Positions 30,501 through 40,936 are shown, numbered from the stretch's first letter. The stretch: 55,838 bases of DNA from a virus (IMGVR_UViG_3300030329_002466:1-55838), one strand, 5' to 3'. Made by a program: numbers and translations. The notes: generated from the sequence alone by a model not told the origin.

Positions 30501-33228
30501 AGATGATGTAGCTAAAGGTTGGTTCCCTCCAGCAGGTTCTTTAGCCGTACATAATACAGATTATTCAGATGTTGCTTCTTTGAATTTACCCGAAGCTATA
30601 GGTGAAGGTATGCCAACCTATTTAGACGATGCAACTACTCCTAAAATAGCTCCTACATATTTAAGTTTTGGTTTAACTGATATACTTAGAAATGATATAG
30701 AATCTGGCATTATGAAGGAAGATTTACATTTCTATATGGGTAATTACACTGTTGGAAATGGTACGCAAAATGATATTACTGATGATACAAAAAGAATTCG
30801 AATAAGAGATTATGGCACTGACGGTTACGAAGGATTAAATGGTGTGGATAATAATACTTCCGATGTTATAGCTTTTGTTTCTACTGACACAGACGCCGTA
30901 GCTATGGGACAATGGTTTATAAAAAGAGATACTAATTTAAGCGCTGACCCACATATTAATAATTTGTGTGTATTTGGAGGTGCTGAAACAGGTCAAAAGT
31001 TAAGTGTCGATGGTTTTACGAAAAAGGGTTTCTGGACTTTAAAGAGTGGAGTGCAAACTATGGACACTGTTCTTAATTCTGCTACTTGGACTAAACGTGA
31101 AAATCCAGCATTTTCTACTAAAATAGTTAAAGTAGATGATGCTAGTAACGGTAGAATAACTGTTAGTAATCCACGGGTATTAGAAGCTTGGGAAGATGAA
31201 GAATATATAATATATAGGGCAGGTTTACCTTGGAGTGTAACCGCAGCTAGAGATACAGGAGTAAAAATACAAGCGCAAAATCCAGCTAATTTAAGTGAAA
31301 ATATACAATTAAAAACTGGAACCTTCAATAAACAATTTCTTAATAGGGCTAGCGAAAGGTGGTTACATGATTTATATATATCTCCATATAGATATTGGAT
31401 TATTTTAGAAATATATAATCAGGCTGAGAATGGCGATGCTATATTACCAACTAAATCATATGATTATTGTACCGTACATGGAGGTACAGCTAGAAATAGT
31501 ATACCACCCACTTCTGCTAAACTAGGCGTTACTTACAATGAAACTCTTTACTCTGACACTACTGTAAATAGTAATAGATGGCATGTTACAAAAGGTTCTA
31601 TGGGAGGTTTAATACATGATGCTACTGATTATGGTTATGGCTCAAAAGCTCAAGGAGATTCAGATAAGTTTTCATCAGATTCTGAAACTGGTAGTGGTTA
31701 TATAAATAAATATACTCCAGCTAAAGGTTGGAATACTATAAATTTAAATCCTTATATAGAACAGGAAACTAGATTATCTAGAAAGGGAGAAAAAATAAAT
31801 TTAGCTTTAGTAGCTTCTCAAGAAAGTAAAGGTAGTTCTACAGTTTTAGGTTTAAAATATTACGACACTGGCCTTGGAGAAGATGTAGATGGTAATCTTA
31901 TAGATAAAACTAAAGGTCGTAATGAACCTTATTTTACATTTTATTATGAAGATGAGTTACCAACGATTGATAATTTTAGAGTGCAACCAGATGAAGCTAA
32001 CCCATTTTTACCTAGATTTAAATGGGAAAGTGGTGATGATGATTTGTGGTATGGGTTTATTATGATAGATAATAAAGAAATAAAACATCAATATGAGAAT
32101 GCTGTAGCCCACATACCTCTTAATGAATCGACAGATGAACTTACACATTTAAGCTCTCAAAGGTATGGAACCTCTGGAAAAAATATATCAGGTCCGACAT
32201 TACTTCCTTATAGATTATATAAATATGATGGTAGTACAGATTCTGAATCTAAACCTTCCAGATATGCTTACGCTAAAAATACTAATGCTGGCGCAGATAT
32301 AACTTCAATAGGAACTTATGGGTGGACTGGTCAACAAACTGAAGAAGGTTTAGCGGGACCAGCTTTAAACTGTACTGGCAATTCTACAGACCAAGGAATA
32401 TCAACCAGTAGATTTATAGAATTTTATGCAGCAGGTTCAAAAAGTGGAGGTGGTTTACATCCAACGAGTAGGAGCACTGCTAAAGGTATGGCCCGACAAG
32501 GTGGTTATTATCAACCTAATGATAATTTTAGTATATCTCTTATATTTTCTTGTGATGATATATCGGCACAAAGAACATTATTGTCTAAATATAATGAATA
32601 TGAAATATATATAGGAACGGACGGTTTAGTATATGCTAAACTTTGGCCCGCTTCTGGTACCACAGTTCTTTTAACAAGTTCTTCTATAATACAAACAGGA
32701 GAAACTCCTTATAATGTTATAGTAACATTTGCAGAAGGTTTATCCACAGGTAATGCTAAATTGTATATTAATGGTAAATTAGAAGACCAAACTGGTAAAA
32801 AGACAACGGCAGGTTCAGAAAATAATTGGAAAAATGGACAAAAATTAGCCAGAACATTCGCTACAATAAGCGCTAATGGATTGGATGATAATTCAAATAC
32901 AACAGGAACCTCTTTAACTATAGGTTGTCAGGGAGTGGCGGCTGGCGCTGGTCCGGCAGTTGGAACAAACCCTCATTCTGGTACTTTAGAAGAAATAGTA
33001 CTATATGACACTGTTATTTATCCAGTAGTTCCTACCACAGGAGAAATGTTAGGTTTAACACCATTTAAAGAATTAACTTCTAACAGTGATATCGCCACAG
33101 GACAAACTGTAGGAGCAAAATTATTTGTGAAAGATTATCATAATATTAGAGGAACTTCTGTTTCAGAAGTAGCTTCCTCAAGTTTAATATCAATTAAGAA
33201 GGGAGGTCTGGGTCTTTACACCAGTTAA
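27571..33228 (+). CDS. Large tail tip / fibre protein (1885 aa) with C-terminal LamG domain
   Basis: Follows the tape measure; C-terminal FSISLIF..YNVIVTF..AKLYINGKL..HSGTLEEIVLYD. Confidence 0.65.
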   Translation: MAIFKRELKITTEEQGDEIKHAALSPLLGDYFDGEINVLPAVENNIYGEIGPQEIPLGNSVANSFYLLETPVKRPPIFGEAKLVGMDLHVKHSNINYKQENNLADIEVYKFDKEIPSLGVFPKLSSDGSKVIVGSTGPSTSKMVEKFDGQTGWGGIENLNTTSKSSSSRRSDDDLYITLEDAWYIQENESSGVPDGNQHADGLSSKSSFRKQYCHWDDNIGAYIMPLEKTGYIRKDMLSPKNGMRWSKDFAISRAYYDYEFAVAEDREKDFKRPVVKHTGDWRTTLTKETEFADAPVITTEHTMLSDVRHTPNVLGTVKEDGQDVNVLFGESTPVFSTEGEPPSGQACVMRNRWTSRLDKEHKFSFGETSIPYQSQMIQMRLPYPLHIARQIDTDQALDSMCVSIKFSILALTKYHRSNVNQGLKADGSASAVTGWEFGAWEDKWPNVGNYGHECQEGHNLLRSIIMMTSTSPPAQDECFAQYIYRLNKTGVSPGNPNHIADQYNTTANCKQYYNGIGFVRWGQGASDDTEEGEIKIINSGKTLTGNDSQYWQSNCVTPVSTKGKNFGPYTNPPFIKKATTGNGGEFVLNTATIPANDATVPLSSPTDKVRIGSYILNDADGGGNQIRFVPHTEQHGSGSRSSTKIYFDRTVSIVGNSTYDSNGGKFMVKFVEGDMNGYIAKIASSTAESGTGSGDDAAYITLDDSVYQTINQSDEFIIINGKWPKTSVSGKDYMREKPCYVESINTGLDGNAVESFEMSSSTGTGPDSAERVGGSDKIVFNRGYPYPDAIESVVGPGNKKLMKTEEWYTLKMFFNDRSERHDGTSVTEGGYIRYVLLDSNNKVVWTRRQQHQGIAQTEEAVGGDQNTNNGYAFPSYLTLWVNNVAVNGATGEGSNKECVESKGPTQQGKSHALWKTDSDMDTEVTLAVSSISCEGYEPDTKNASLIGSTTREEIKISESTDAPLIDTVTGQSVGTGDDVAKGWFPPAGSLAVHNTDYSDVASLNLPEAIGEGMPTYLDDATTPKIAPTYLSFGLTDILRNDIESGIMKEDLHFYMGNYTVGNGTQNDITDDTKRIRIRDYGTDGYEGLNGVDNNTSDVIAFVSTDTDAVAMGQWFIKRDTNLSADPHINNLCVFGGAETGQKLSVDGFTKKGFWTLKSGVQTMDTVLNSATWTKRENPAFSTKIVKVDDASNGRITVSNPRVLEAWEDEEYIIYRAGLPWSVTAARDTGVKIQAQNPANLSENIQLKTGTFNKQFLNRASERWLHDLYISPYRYWIILEIYNQAENGDAILPTKSYDYCTVHGGTARNSIPPTSAKLGVTYNETLYSDTTVNSNRWHVTKGSMGGLIHDATDYGYGSKAQGDSDKFSSDSETGSGYINKYTPAKGWNTINLNPYIEQETRLSRKGEKINLALVASQESKGSSTVLGLKYYDTGLGEDVDGNLIDKTKGRNEPYFTFYYEDELPTIDNFRVQPDEANPFLPRFKWESGDDDLWYGFIMIDNKEIKHQYENAVAHIPLNESTDELTHLSSQRYGTSGKNISGPTLLPYRLYKYDGSTDSESKPSRYAYAKNTNAGADITSIGTYGWTGQQTEEGLAGPALNCTGNSTDQGISTSRFIEFYAAGSKSGGGLHPTSRSTAKGMARQGGYYQPNDNFSISLIFSCDDISAQRTLLSKYNEYEIYIGTDGLVYAKLWPASGTTVLLTSSSIIQTGETPYNVIVTFAEGLSTGNAKLYINGKLEDQTGKKTTAGSENNWKNGQKLARTFATISANGLDDNSNTTGTSLTIGCQGVAAGAGPAVGTNPHSGTLEEIVLYDTVIYPVVPTTGEMLGLTPFKELTSNSDIATGQTVGAKLFVKDYHNIRGTSVSEVASSSLISIKKGGLGLYTS

Positions 33229-33230
33229 TT

Positions 33231-36200
33231 ATGGCAATATATACACCAACAGATTTTGTTATATCAGTTTATGAAACAAAAACCTTAGCAGAACAAGGAG
33301 ATGAAACAAATGCATTATATGTATTTAGAAATGTAGGAGATGGAGCTTCGGATTCCTCTAACCCCGCAGTATCTAATGGGTCTCAATTTATAGCAGGCAC
33401 TGCAGATGGAAACACCGTAAATAAACTTATAGATAGTGCAGCAGGTTTTAGTGATAGATTATTAGGTAAAACTGCTAGAAATTTAACAGATAATACAGAA
33501 GCTGTAATCACTAGTGTTGATAGCGCAACTCAATTAGGTTTTGCTTCTGATGTATTCCCTGATGGTAATGAAATATATCATATAGAAAAACCCGGTTTCT
33601 ATTTTACTTTTACTAAATATTATTATCGTATACAAGCTAATGATATAGTTAAAGGATTTATAATTGATTGGGATGATGGTGAAGATAATTCCCCAGAAAA
33701 AGCTAATAGACAAACTATTATGTTAGATGAACCTAATAGTTGGGTGGTTGTAGAGCACACTTATACAAAACATGGTAAGTTTTATCCAATGATTCGTACT
33801 ATAAGTGTTGACGGTTTTTATTCGAAATGGTATGTATCTCACGATGCTAAGAATAGTTTAAGTTCTATTGAAGAACAATATAGTAATCTTTCTGCAGGAC
33901 AAAATGATTGGTCTAATATTTCTTTAGATGTTCAACATTCTGTAAGTACTTCATCTAAACCCCGTATTCCAGAATTTGTTCCAGCTAATGTACCTCCTAT
34001 TGCTAACTTACAAGTTGACCGAAAGAGTGTCTTTTCTGGAATAGATAATTCTAAAATAAGTGGTAATGCTATAGGTTATATTCATAGTCCTCGAAATGTT
34101 TCGAATTTTACAGACGCTTTAGAAGTTATATATAAAACTACTACTGGTAGAATACTTAAAGAAACTATAGATGGTATAAACAATACCCAATTTCCTTCTG
34201 ACACGTCAACAAATGGTTATTTATCAGAGGTATTGAGTGTTAAAATAATAAAAATGAAGGAAGGTACTTCTACAAGTACAGATTTATTAGGACCTGACCA
34301 ACGTATATACATATTATATCATACTTCTTCACCTTCTGTTACTTCAGATGAAGTAATAACTATGGTTTCTTTAGGAAATCCTATTCAAACCCTCGATAGA
34401 CCGGGCTTTTCTGTTTTAGCAGACGGGTCTATGTCACAAACAAAATGTTCTAACGTTAGTATTTCTAAATATATATTTGATACTGGTAAGTTACAAACTT
34501 CTACCGACACTGGCGAATGGTTTGTAAAAAGTGACCCTGATGAAATTTCTGATGTTATAATAGGTAACGGTACTTCAGACTCAGAATTTGCACAAACTAA
34601 TGACAAAAAGAGAATACATTATTCATTTAAACCTAATACATCTGGAGGTCACGTTATTGATAGTGATAATAAAAGATTTTATAATGAAGAACGTCTGATT
34701 AGATTACAAGTTAAAGATTCTTCTGAAGATACCTTTGCGGATACATCTACTCTTTATTACGATGCGGATAGTGTACAAGATACTAGTTTAGATGTTGGTA
34801 ACCAAACTGGTATGGGTAATTTACGAGGTTGGAAATATAAATGGACTTCTGGTACAGCATTGGCAGCAGATATGACTGGTATAATAGTTGCTTATGGTTC
34901 CTCTAGTCTATATAGTCAAATTTATTACAATTTCTGGGGAGTAACACATTTAAAAATTGGTAGTGAATATATGAGATTTTGGGGTCTTAGTAGGAGGAGG
35001 CATTCATCTACTGGCGCTTGGTATTATATATTAGCGGTTAGACGTGGAGTAGGTGGCACAACTGCAGCTTCTCATGCAGCAGGTACACAGATAAATAAAA
35101 TATCTAGAAGATGGAGAACGCCTGATACTACCAAATATTCTTTTATAGAACATTTCCAATATAGTATGTATGCAGACGAAGTTAACAGACCAGAAAATTT
35201 AAGAAGTCGAGGTTTATTATTAAAGGCTCATTCAGCTAGCGCATCAGGAGCTAATACACTTGGAGATGAGGTTTGGGCTCTTAAGAGTTCGGAAAATAAC
35301 CAGAATTATTTTGCAGAAGAAGGTGCAGCTGATGGTAATGACGGATTATTATTTGGTGGTATAAAAAAGTCAGCTGATTATTCAACTATAAATGCCACTC
35401 AATTAACTCATGGTGGTACAAATGGACATAGGAAACGCCCTTCTAATTGGCTGCTATGTTGTAAAACAGATAAATTTAATAAATTATTTTTTAGAATGAC
35501 TAATGAATATGTTACAATAGACACTGAGAAATTTTCTAATGATATATGGCCAGATAAAACTGACGCTAATATAATTTTATATTACACTGCACTAGAAGAC
35601 GAAACAGGTAGTACTTATATATGGAAACCTTTACCTTTTGTTGATGGTACTTCTAGTAATAATCAAGAAGGTCAATCTTTAAGAAAATCTGGTAGTATAA
35701 CCTTTAATATGCCTAACGATTGGGTTAAAGTTAAATCTTCTGATATAACAAGTTGGGCAGGTGATACAGGTAATCCAGTGCCTGAACAAGAAGCTGGTAG
35801 TGTTGGAACAGAAGAAGAGTCTCCTGCTAATTATTGGCAAGATGACATGTATGGTCTTTTAATAGGTATAGCTGTCAATGGAGAATTAACAGATTGGCAA
35901 GATAAGGTAAATTGTAATTATATGTTACCTTATAATAATTCACATTCAAGTGTAATCACTATTAAAGACCCTCATCATAAATCTTTAAATGATATAACAA
36001 TAGCTCAAAGTATTTCATGGAATAGACAGTCCAGATTAATGAATATAACAGATAGGTTAGGAAGAAATGAAATTCGTAAAATAGGAGCCGAAGGAGGTAA
36101 AATAACATTTGGAGGTGTAGAATTGGGAGGAGACAGTTATACAACCACTAAAGCAGCTATTATGCGTTATCAAGAAGAATCTGTACCAGTTTATTTAGAT

Positions 36201-36410
36201 GTAGAAAGGACAAATGGGGATTTTATAAGATTTTATGGCGTTATAGCTAGTTTAAGTGAGGACGTACCTGCCGGTAAAGCTACACCTAAATGGGGAGTTA
36301 GCATGCAAGTAGAATATATAGCTCAATTTACATCTAGTGGTTCTTGGATTAATAATGGATTGATTTCCCTTGGTGGTGAGGTTATAGATGAGCCAAAATA
36401 CTTATTGTAA
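33231..36410 (+). CDS. Tail protein with PKD-like domain (1059 aa)
   Basis: IDWDDG..EHTYTKHGKFYP is a PKD-type motif; also contains a VRRGVGGTTAASH module. Confidence 0.6.
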   Translation: MAIYTPTDFVISVYETKTLAEQGDETNALYVFRNVGDGASDSSNPAVSNGSQFIAGTADGNTVNKLIDSAAGFSDRLLGKTARNLTDNTEAVITSVDSATQLGFASDVFPDGNEIYHIEKPGFYFTFTKYYYRIQANDIVKGFIIDWDDGEDNSPEKANRQTIMLDEPNSWVVVEHTYTKHGKFYPMIRTISVDGFYSKWYVSHDAKNSLSSIEEQYSNLSAGQNDWSNISLDVQHSVSTSSKPRIPEFVPANVPPIANLQVDRKSVFSGIDNSKISGNAIGYIHSPRNVSNFTDALEVIYKTTTGRILKETIDGINNTQFPSDTSTNGYLSEVLSVKIIKMKEGTSTSTDLLGPDQRIYILYHTSSPSVTSDEVITMVSLGNPIQTLDRPGFSVLADGSMSQTKCSNVSISKYIFDTGKLQTSTDTGEWFVKSDPDEISDVIIGNGTSDSEFAQTNDKKRIHYSFKPNTSGGHVIDSDNKRFYNEERLIRLQVKDSSEDTFADTSTLYYDADSVQDTSLDVGNQTGMGNLRGWKYKWTSGTALAADMTGIIVAYGSSSLYSQIYYNFWGVTHLKIGSEYMRFWGLSRRRHSSTGAWYYILAVRRGVGGTTAASHAAGTQINKISRRWRTPDTTKYSFIEHFQYSMYADEVNRPENLRSRGLLLKAHSASASGANTLGDEVWALKSSENNQNYFAEEGAADGNDGLLFGGIKKSADYSTINATQLTHGGTNGHRKRPSNWLLCCKTDKFNKLFFRMTNEYVTIDTEKFSNDIWPDKTDANIILYYTALEDETGSTYIWKPLPFVDGTSSNNQEGQSLRKSGSITFNMPNDWVKVKSSDITSWAGDTGNPVPEQEAGSVGTEEESPANYWQDDMYGLLIGIAVNGELTDWQDKVNCNYMLPYNNSHSSVITIKDPHHKSLNDITIAQSISWNRQSRLMNITDRLGRNEIRKIGAEGGKITFGGVELGGDSYTTTKAAIMRYQEESVPVYLDVERTNGDFIRFYGVIASLSEDVPAGKATPKWGVSMQVEYIAQFTSSGSWINNGLISLGGEVIDEPKYLL

Positions 36411-37428
36411 TCCTAAAATTTTTATTGATGATGAAGAAATAAAAACAGTATCTAGTATTTCATATAGTACTAGTGTAGGTACTATGAGCTCTTTAAGTGT
36501 AACTTTTTCTAATACAAATTTAGAAAATAAAGATTTTTTTAATAAAAGTATAGAATTTTTCCTTAATGATGGTTCTGAAGATAGTTCTCCTATGTTTAGA
36601 GGGTTGGTAAAAAGTTCTACACTTGCTACAGAAAGTATTAGTGTTAGAGCAGTAGACATTAGAACTCTTATTTCTGGTAATGATTCTTTTAAAGTTGTTA
36701 TAGATGATACAAAAAATTATGATGGACAAACTATTATGCAATTTTTAATAGACGTTATAGACAATGAAATGGAAAATAAACCTTCTTGGTTTTCAACACA
36801 CGCTACAAATGATATGGATAAACCAGTTTTTATGACTGGTGAGAGAGGAGTTATATCTCCTTATGACAAAGTTAAAGAGTTACTTTCTAAAAAATTAGAT
36901 TCAGATGATTTAACTGATGTAGGTGAATATTTCTTTGATGTATTTCACGATGGTGAAAAAAGTAGTATTATAGTGAAAAAAACTAGAAAAGCGGATATAA
37001 ATAATTACGATTATAGTTTAACTTATTATTCAGGTATAATTGAAGATAATATTACTAATAGACCTTCTCCTAGTTATGCTATAGGTGAGTCAGAGGATGG
37101 TTCTAGAGTTAGATTAGATTATGGTAATGCCCCTCAAGGTAGTTACGGAACTACAATAACTGGTAATTTTTCTAGTAGAGGTGAAGCAAGAGAGAAAATG
37201 TTACCCTTTTTATTATCTAAACAAGATTCCGAAAAGGAAATATCTTTAAAAATTAGTTCACATTATTATGCTGAGTTAGGAAATATTATTAATATAGATG
37301 TGCCAAATGAAAATTTAGCAGGACAATATAGAATAACCTCGAAGAATATATCTTTTAATAATGATTCGGTAGACTGTCGTTTATCGTTAAATAAGAAACC
37401 AGCTACAATAAAAGATTATTTAACTTAA
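36388..37428 (+). CDS. Baseplate hub / late control D-like tail protein
   Basis: PMFRGLVKS..ISVRAVD and C-terminal LGNIINIDVP..GQYRITSK pattern of hub proteins. Confidence 0.6.
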   Translation: MSQNTYCNPKIFIDDEEIKTVSSISYSTSVGTMSSLSVTFSNTNLENKDFFNKSIEFFLNDGSEDSSPMFRGLVKSSTLATESISVRAVDIRTLISGNDSFKVVIDDTKNYDGQTIMQFLIDVIDNEMENKPSWFSTHATNDMDKPVFMTGERGVISPYDKVKELLSKKLDSDDLTDVGEYFFDVFHDGEKSSIIVKKTRKADINNYDYSLTYYSGIIEDNITNRPSPSYAIGESEDGSRVRLDYGNAPQGSYGTTITGNFSSRGEAREKMLPFLLSKQDSEKEISLKISSHYYAELGNIINIDVPNENLAGQYRITSKNISFNNDSVDCRLSLNKKPATIKDYLT

Positions 37429-37914
37429 TTATACACTAGCTACTAAAATTTCTACATCTATATTTTCAGAAAGAGGGTCTACTAGAAGACTTTCTAAATC
37501 GTTTAAAGACGTTACTATACCAGCAGCGTCATCATCTAATGATATACCGTCGTGAACAGTTCCTAATATAAAACTCTCACCTGCTTTAACTAGAACAGTT
37601 GTAGAAGCGTTTGCCGTAGCATTTTCAGCTAACGCTACTTGTAAAGAAAGATTCATAGGATTAGTATCGTCTAAATTTGTTACTCTTATATATCTTACAT
37701 TTTCCAAATCTATAGCGCCGTCAGCTGTGTGTGTATCAGTTCTAAAAGTAGCAATAGTACAATCACTATCGTCCACACATCTTACTATTCTTTTGTAAAC
37801 TTCCTTTATACTTGCGAAGGTTACAGTGTTTGTAGCACCTTGGTCTGTTCCATTTAAACTAATAGATTCCGTTACTGTTACAGTTAATGTAGCAGGCGTT
37901 ACCGTAGTTGCCAT
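37429..37914 (-). CDS. Putative virion structural protein
   Basis: 161 aa, Thr-rich beta protein (VRYIRVTNLDDTN); own promoter and AAGGAG SD; its stop abuts the convergent hub-gene stop. Confidence 0.55.
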   Translation of the reverse strand: MATTVTPATLTVTVTESISLNGTDQGATNTVTFASIKEVYKRIVRCVDDSDCTIATFRTDTHTADGAIDLENVRYIRVTNLDDTNPMNLSLQVALAENATANASTTVLVKAGESFILGTVHDGISLDDDAAGIVTSLNDLESLLVDPLSENIDVEILVASV

Positions 37915-37935
37915 ATTTATTTATAACTCCTTGTA

Positions 37936-37951
37936 GTATTTAAAGCTTTCC
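37936..37951 (-). promoter_or_regulatory. BRE+TATA promoter (GGAAAGCTTTAAATAC)
   Basis: Consensus match upstream of ATG 37914. Confidence 0.7.
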
Positions 37952-38173
37952 CTATCTAGTCCAAGATTTACTTCTAATAGCACTATTTCCACTACCAGTT
38001 CTAGGAACCATACTCCCTGTATCTGCTTCACCGGGATTAATGGTGCGTAAAACTATAGAACCAGCTTCTGCGTTAGCATTCATATTCGCACTATCATTAG
38101 TTCCATCGCTACGTATACCAGCTGTTCTTCCCATTTTTCGAGCTTGACCAGTTATATCATTTTCAGATGTCAC
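37952..38173 (-). CDS. Small hypothetical protein (73 aa; likely GTG start at 38173)
   Basis: GGTGA SD precedes an in-frame GTG within the RNR 3' end, removing most of the overlap in the track ORF. Confidence 0.5.
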   Translation of the reverse strand: MTSENDITGQARKMGRTAGIRSDGTNDSANMNANAEAGSIVLRTINPGEADTGSMVPRTGSGNSAIRSKSWTR

Positions 38174-40028
38174 ACTTATCACCAGTGCAAGCGTATTCCT
38201 TAGAACCGCCAGTTTCGTCCTGTAGTTCATAATCGGAAAGCTTGCTATAGTTAATTACGGGGAGGTCCTTTATAAGCCTTTTGTAAGTTCTAGCGTCAAT
38301 TTCTTCATAAGGAGCTAGTTCATAATGACCACCATCGTAAGGTAAAAATGAGACACCATTTATAATATCCCAATTCTTATATACCCAATTACCTACTTCA
38401 AACCACTCATCTTCCCTAACATACACAGTCATACTAGCGTTATGTTCACACCAATTATGTTGAAGGTTTTTATAATGTCTTAATTGTTCTAAAGCAGTTA
38501 CATCTTTACGAGTAATACAACCATCAGGTGATTTAACTGGAAATTCTAAAACCCAAGTAGAAGCGTCTTCTTTTGTTTGTCCTACTTCAGGAGTTGCTTT
38601 TATTCCACTATCTTTCATTAATCGAAATAATGGGTCACGGGAAGATATCCTATAACGACGGATATAGTATTGAGAGTATCTCGGATGTACTCCAGACGCA
38701 GAGTCAACAAGTTGTGAAACTGTACCACTAGGCTTCACACAGGTAGTCGCAACTGGCACATTTATATCTAAGACTTTAGCAGCCTTTCGAGAAATGCGCA
38801 AAACACGGCTTCTAAGGGCCTTTAAAGCGTCCGATGTCAATACCGAAGGGTTATCCATTTGACCTGTTAAACTAACGCCTAAAAGCCGTTCTACGTCACA
38901 ATTCTTTTTCCATGAATCCCTGAGATAGGGAAAATAGGTAAAAGTGCTTTGTATGACACCAAGCCATGTGGCAGTCTCAACTTTGTCTAAGAGCGAATCT
39001 AAGTCATCGTCTTCTCTCACCACTACTTCCGAAAGGTTACAGAATTCCATATCCCGCAACATTATTTCTCCACAGGGGTTTGTACCCTGTATTAGAGGAG
39101 CGTAACGTCTTGATGGAGCTTTGCTTTGTGCAGCATTTAGATTAAATATACCTCTTTCACCAGTGCCTGATAGAGCTAAGGAGCCCCATTCTCTTAAAAA
39201 TTCAGCAGCGGAAGGCTTTTCCCTGTATATAGCGCTGTTATTTGCCATAGCGCGTTTAATAGGGAAAGGCCAAACCTTTGCATGTCGCATGTCATCGTCA
39301 TCAAGGTCACTCAAAGAGATTTGTGAGCTGCGACGTACTCCACCCACTACTACGATTTCAGCAATCTGATTACAAATATCGTGAGCTTCTAACGTTGTGA
39401 GCTTTCGACCTTGGGCGTTGTGCATGGTTTCACGAATGAAATCATGTAACTTTATTAAGGGTGCAGGGCCTGATGCTCTACCACCCATTGTTCTGAGGCG
39501 AGCCCCCTCTGGTCTTATTATTGAATAATCAAAATATATATTTTGCCCATCATATAGGTTCTGCATGAGCATTTTTACAGAGTCCGCCCACCCCGCTTTA
39601 GAGTCAAATATAGGTATTTTTTCTAAAGCCTGTCCTGATTTAATAACTGGTATAATAGGTAATTGTTCTACCTCTTCTTTCTCTACTGAGAAACCAAAAC
39701 CAGTTCCACACATGAGTATATATAGACATTCTGCGAAAGCCTCTACAGAGTTAATTTTTGCAAATGCACAATTATAAATACAAGTGTTATCAAATTGAGC
39801 TGCTGGACCTGCTGCCCATAAAAATCTCATAGAAGGCATGACTGAAAATTCTGTCATATACTTTCTAATTTTACTTATTGTTTTCTCTGGAATATCTGGT
39901 CTTTTTGAAATTAAAAAAGTTATTAATCTTTCTATAGTTTCTGGCCAGTCTTCCCTTCTATTTTCCTCTTCCATCCATCTGGAATAGGTTCTTTTATATA
40001 TGAATTCTGCTACTTCGTTCTTAAACAT
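38163..40028 (-). CDS. nrdJ: Class II (adenosylcobalamin-dependent) ribonucleotide reductase
   Basis: PSMRFL, YNC, GTGFG, GGVRRS, TNPCGEI, CNLSE, TCVKPSGTVSQL and C-terminal ACTGDKC. Confidence 0.93.
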   Translation of the reverse strand: MFKNEVAEFIYKRTYSRWMEEENRREDWPETIERLITFLISKRPDIPEKTISKIRKYMTEFSVMPSMRFLWAAGPAAQFDNTCIYNCAFAKINSVEAFAECLYILMCGTGFGFSVEKEEVEQLPIIPVIKSGQALEKIPIFDSKAGWADSVKMLMQNLYDGQNIYFDYSIIRPEGARLRTMGGRASGPAPLIKLHDFIRETMHNAQGRKLTTLEAHDICNQIAEIVVVGGVRRSSQISLSDLDDDDMRHAKVWPFPIKRAMANNSAIYREKPSAAEFLREWGSLALSGTGERGIFNLNAAQSKAPSRRYAPLIQGTNPCGEIMLRDMEFCNLSEVVVREDDDLDSLLDKVETATWLGVIQSTFTYFPYLRDSWKKNCDVERLLGVSLTGQMDNPSVLTSDALKALRSRVLRISRKAAKVLDINVPVATTCVKPSGTVSQLVDSASGVHPRYSQYYIRRYRISSRDPLFRLMKDSGIKATPEVGQTKEDASTWVLEFPVKSPDGCITRKDVTALEQLRHYKNLQHNWCEHNASMTVYVREDEWFEVGNWVYKNWDIINGVSFLPYDGGHYELAPYEEIDARTYKRLIKDLPVINYSKLSDYELQDETGGSKEYACTGDKCDI

Positions 40029-40068
40029 TTTATCATTCCTTTGCGGTTCATTATTATAGTTTTTGAGA

Positions 40069-40084
40069 CTATAAAAGGGTTTGC
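40069..40084 (-). promoter_or_regulatory. BRE+TATA promoter (GCAAACCCTTTTATAG) for nrdJ
   Basis: Variant of the consensus upstream of nrdJ. Confidence 0.55.
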
Positions 40085-40167
40085 TTACTTGTAATTAGTT
40101 AAAGTTCTTTTAACACAACCACAAGGTTTTTTACAGTTGCATTTAGCTGATTGAGTTGTTGTAACCA

Positions 40168-40527
40168 TTATACTACAGTTCCAACCGAATATGCTACTGC
40201 AGTTATATGGGGGAATACATCACTTTCAACACTTACAGTTATAAATGTTTTACTTTCATCCACCATTCTTGTTATAATATTATCTAAAGTTTCACTACAA
40301 GCTTCTGCTCCGCCTTCAACAGTTATAGTAATTTTATCATCACTGACAGCAGATGCAGTTGAACCTGAAACAGGGACAGGTACACTAACAGTGCCTGTAG
40401 GATTCGTAGCATTTCTAACATATACATCTATATTAGTTGCACTTGTTACATATAAAGCTGTTACATCTTCTATACGATATGCATGTTGGTCAGTATCGCT
40501 ATCTACGAATTTAATAAATCTTACCAT
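40168..40527 (-). CDS. Hypothetical protein (119 aa)
   Basis: TAATG-coupled to the upstream gene; on the locally coding strand. Confidence 0.6.
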   Translation of the reverse strand: MVRFIKFVDSDTDQHAYRIEDVTALYVTSATNIDVYVRNATNPTGTVSVPVPVSGSTASAVSDDKITITVEGGAEACSETLDNIITRMVDESKTFITVSVESDVFPHITAVAYSVGTVV

Positions 40528-40922
40528 TATTTCTTTTTCCTAGTGTATTTACGTTTAGTAGTTTTACGTTTAGCTGGTGCTTTGCGTTTTTTGTTATTAC
40601 GTTTTCTAGCTGCTGCAGCTTTACGTCCTTTCTCAGGGTGTAATTTATTATGTTGTGCTGGTGTAACCTTCTTTAGATTACTTTTTCTAGCAGTTCTAGC
40701 GTTGTGTACTCCGGGTTTACCTTTTCCACCTTTACCACCACTCTTGTGGTGTACTACTTCACCTTTTCCTGCATTAGCTTTTCTTCTATAATAGTGAGCG
40801 GATTTACCACCTTTCCATGCACCATTCTGTTTACCAGTACGGGCCATTGGGGATTTTTTATTCCATCTCTTTTTTCTATTTGCGCTTGTATCTTTGAACT
40901 TTTTTCGTGCCACGTTTGGCAC
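40527..40922 (-). CDS. Very basic HNH-like protein
   Basis: GKQNGAWKGG, EVVHHK..N..SNL..HNKLH, and a Lys/Arg-rich tail. Confidence 0.55.
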   Translation of the reverse strand: MPNVARKKFKDTSANRKKRWNKKSPMARTGKQNGAWKGGKSAHYYRRKANAGKGEVVHHKSGGKGGKGKPGVHNARTARKSNLKKVTPAQHNKLHPEKGRKAAAARKRNNKKRKAPAKRKTTKRKYTRKKK

Positions 40923-40936
40923 CCCCTTTTTTAGCT

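Noticed and set aside
968-36741. Short antisense and alternate-frame ORFs over the structural genes (e.g. 968-1402, 2419-2976, 23131-23520)
   Set aside because: Shadow ORFs fully inside well-supported genes, with no SD or recognisable motifs.
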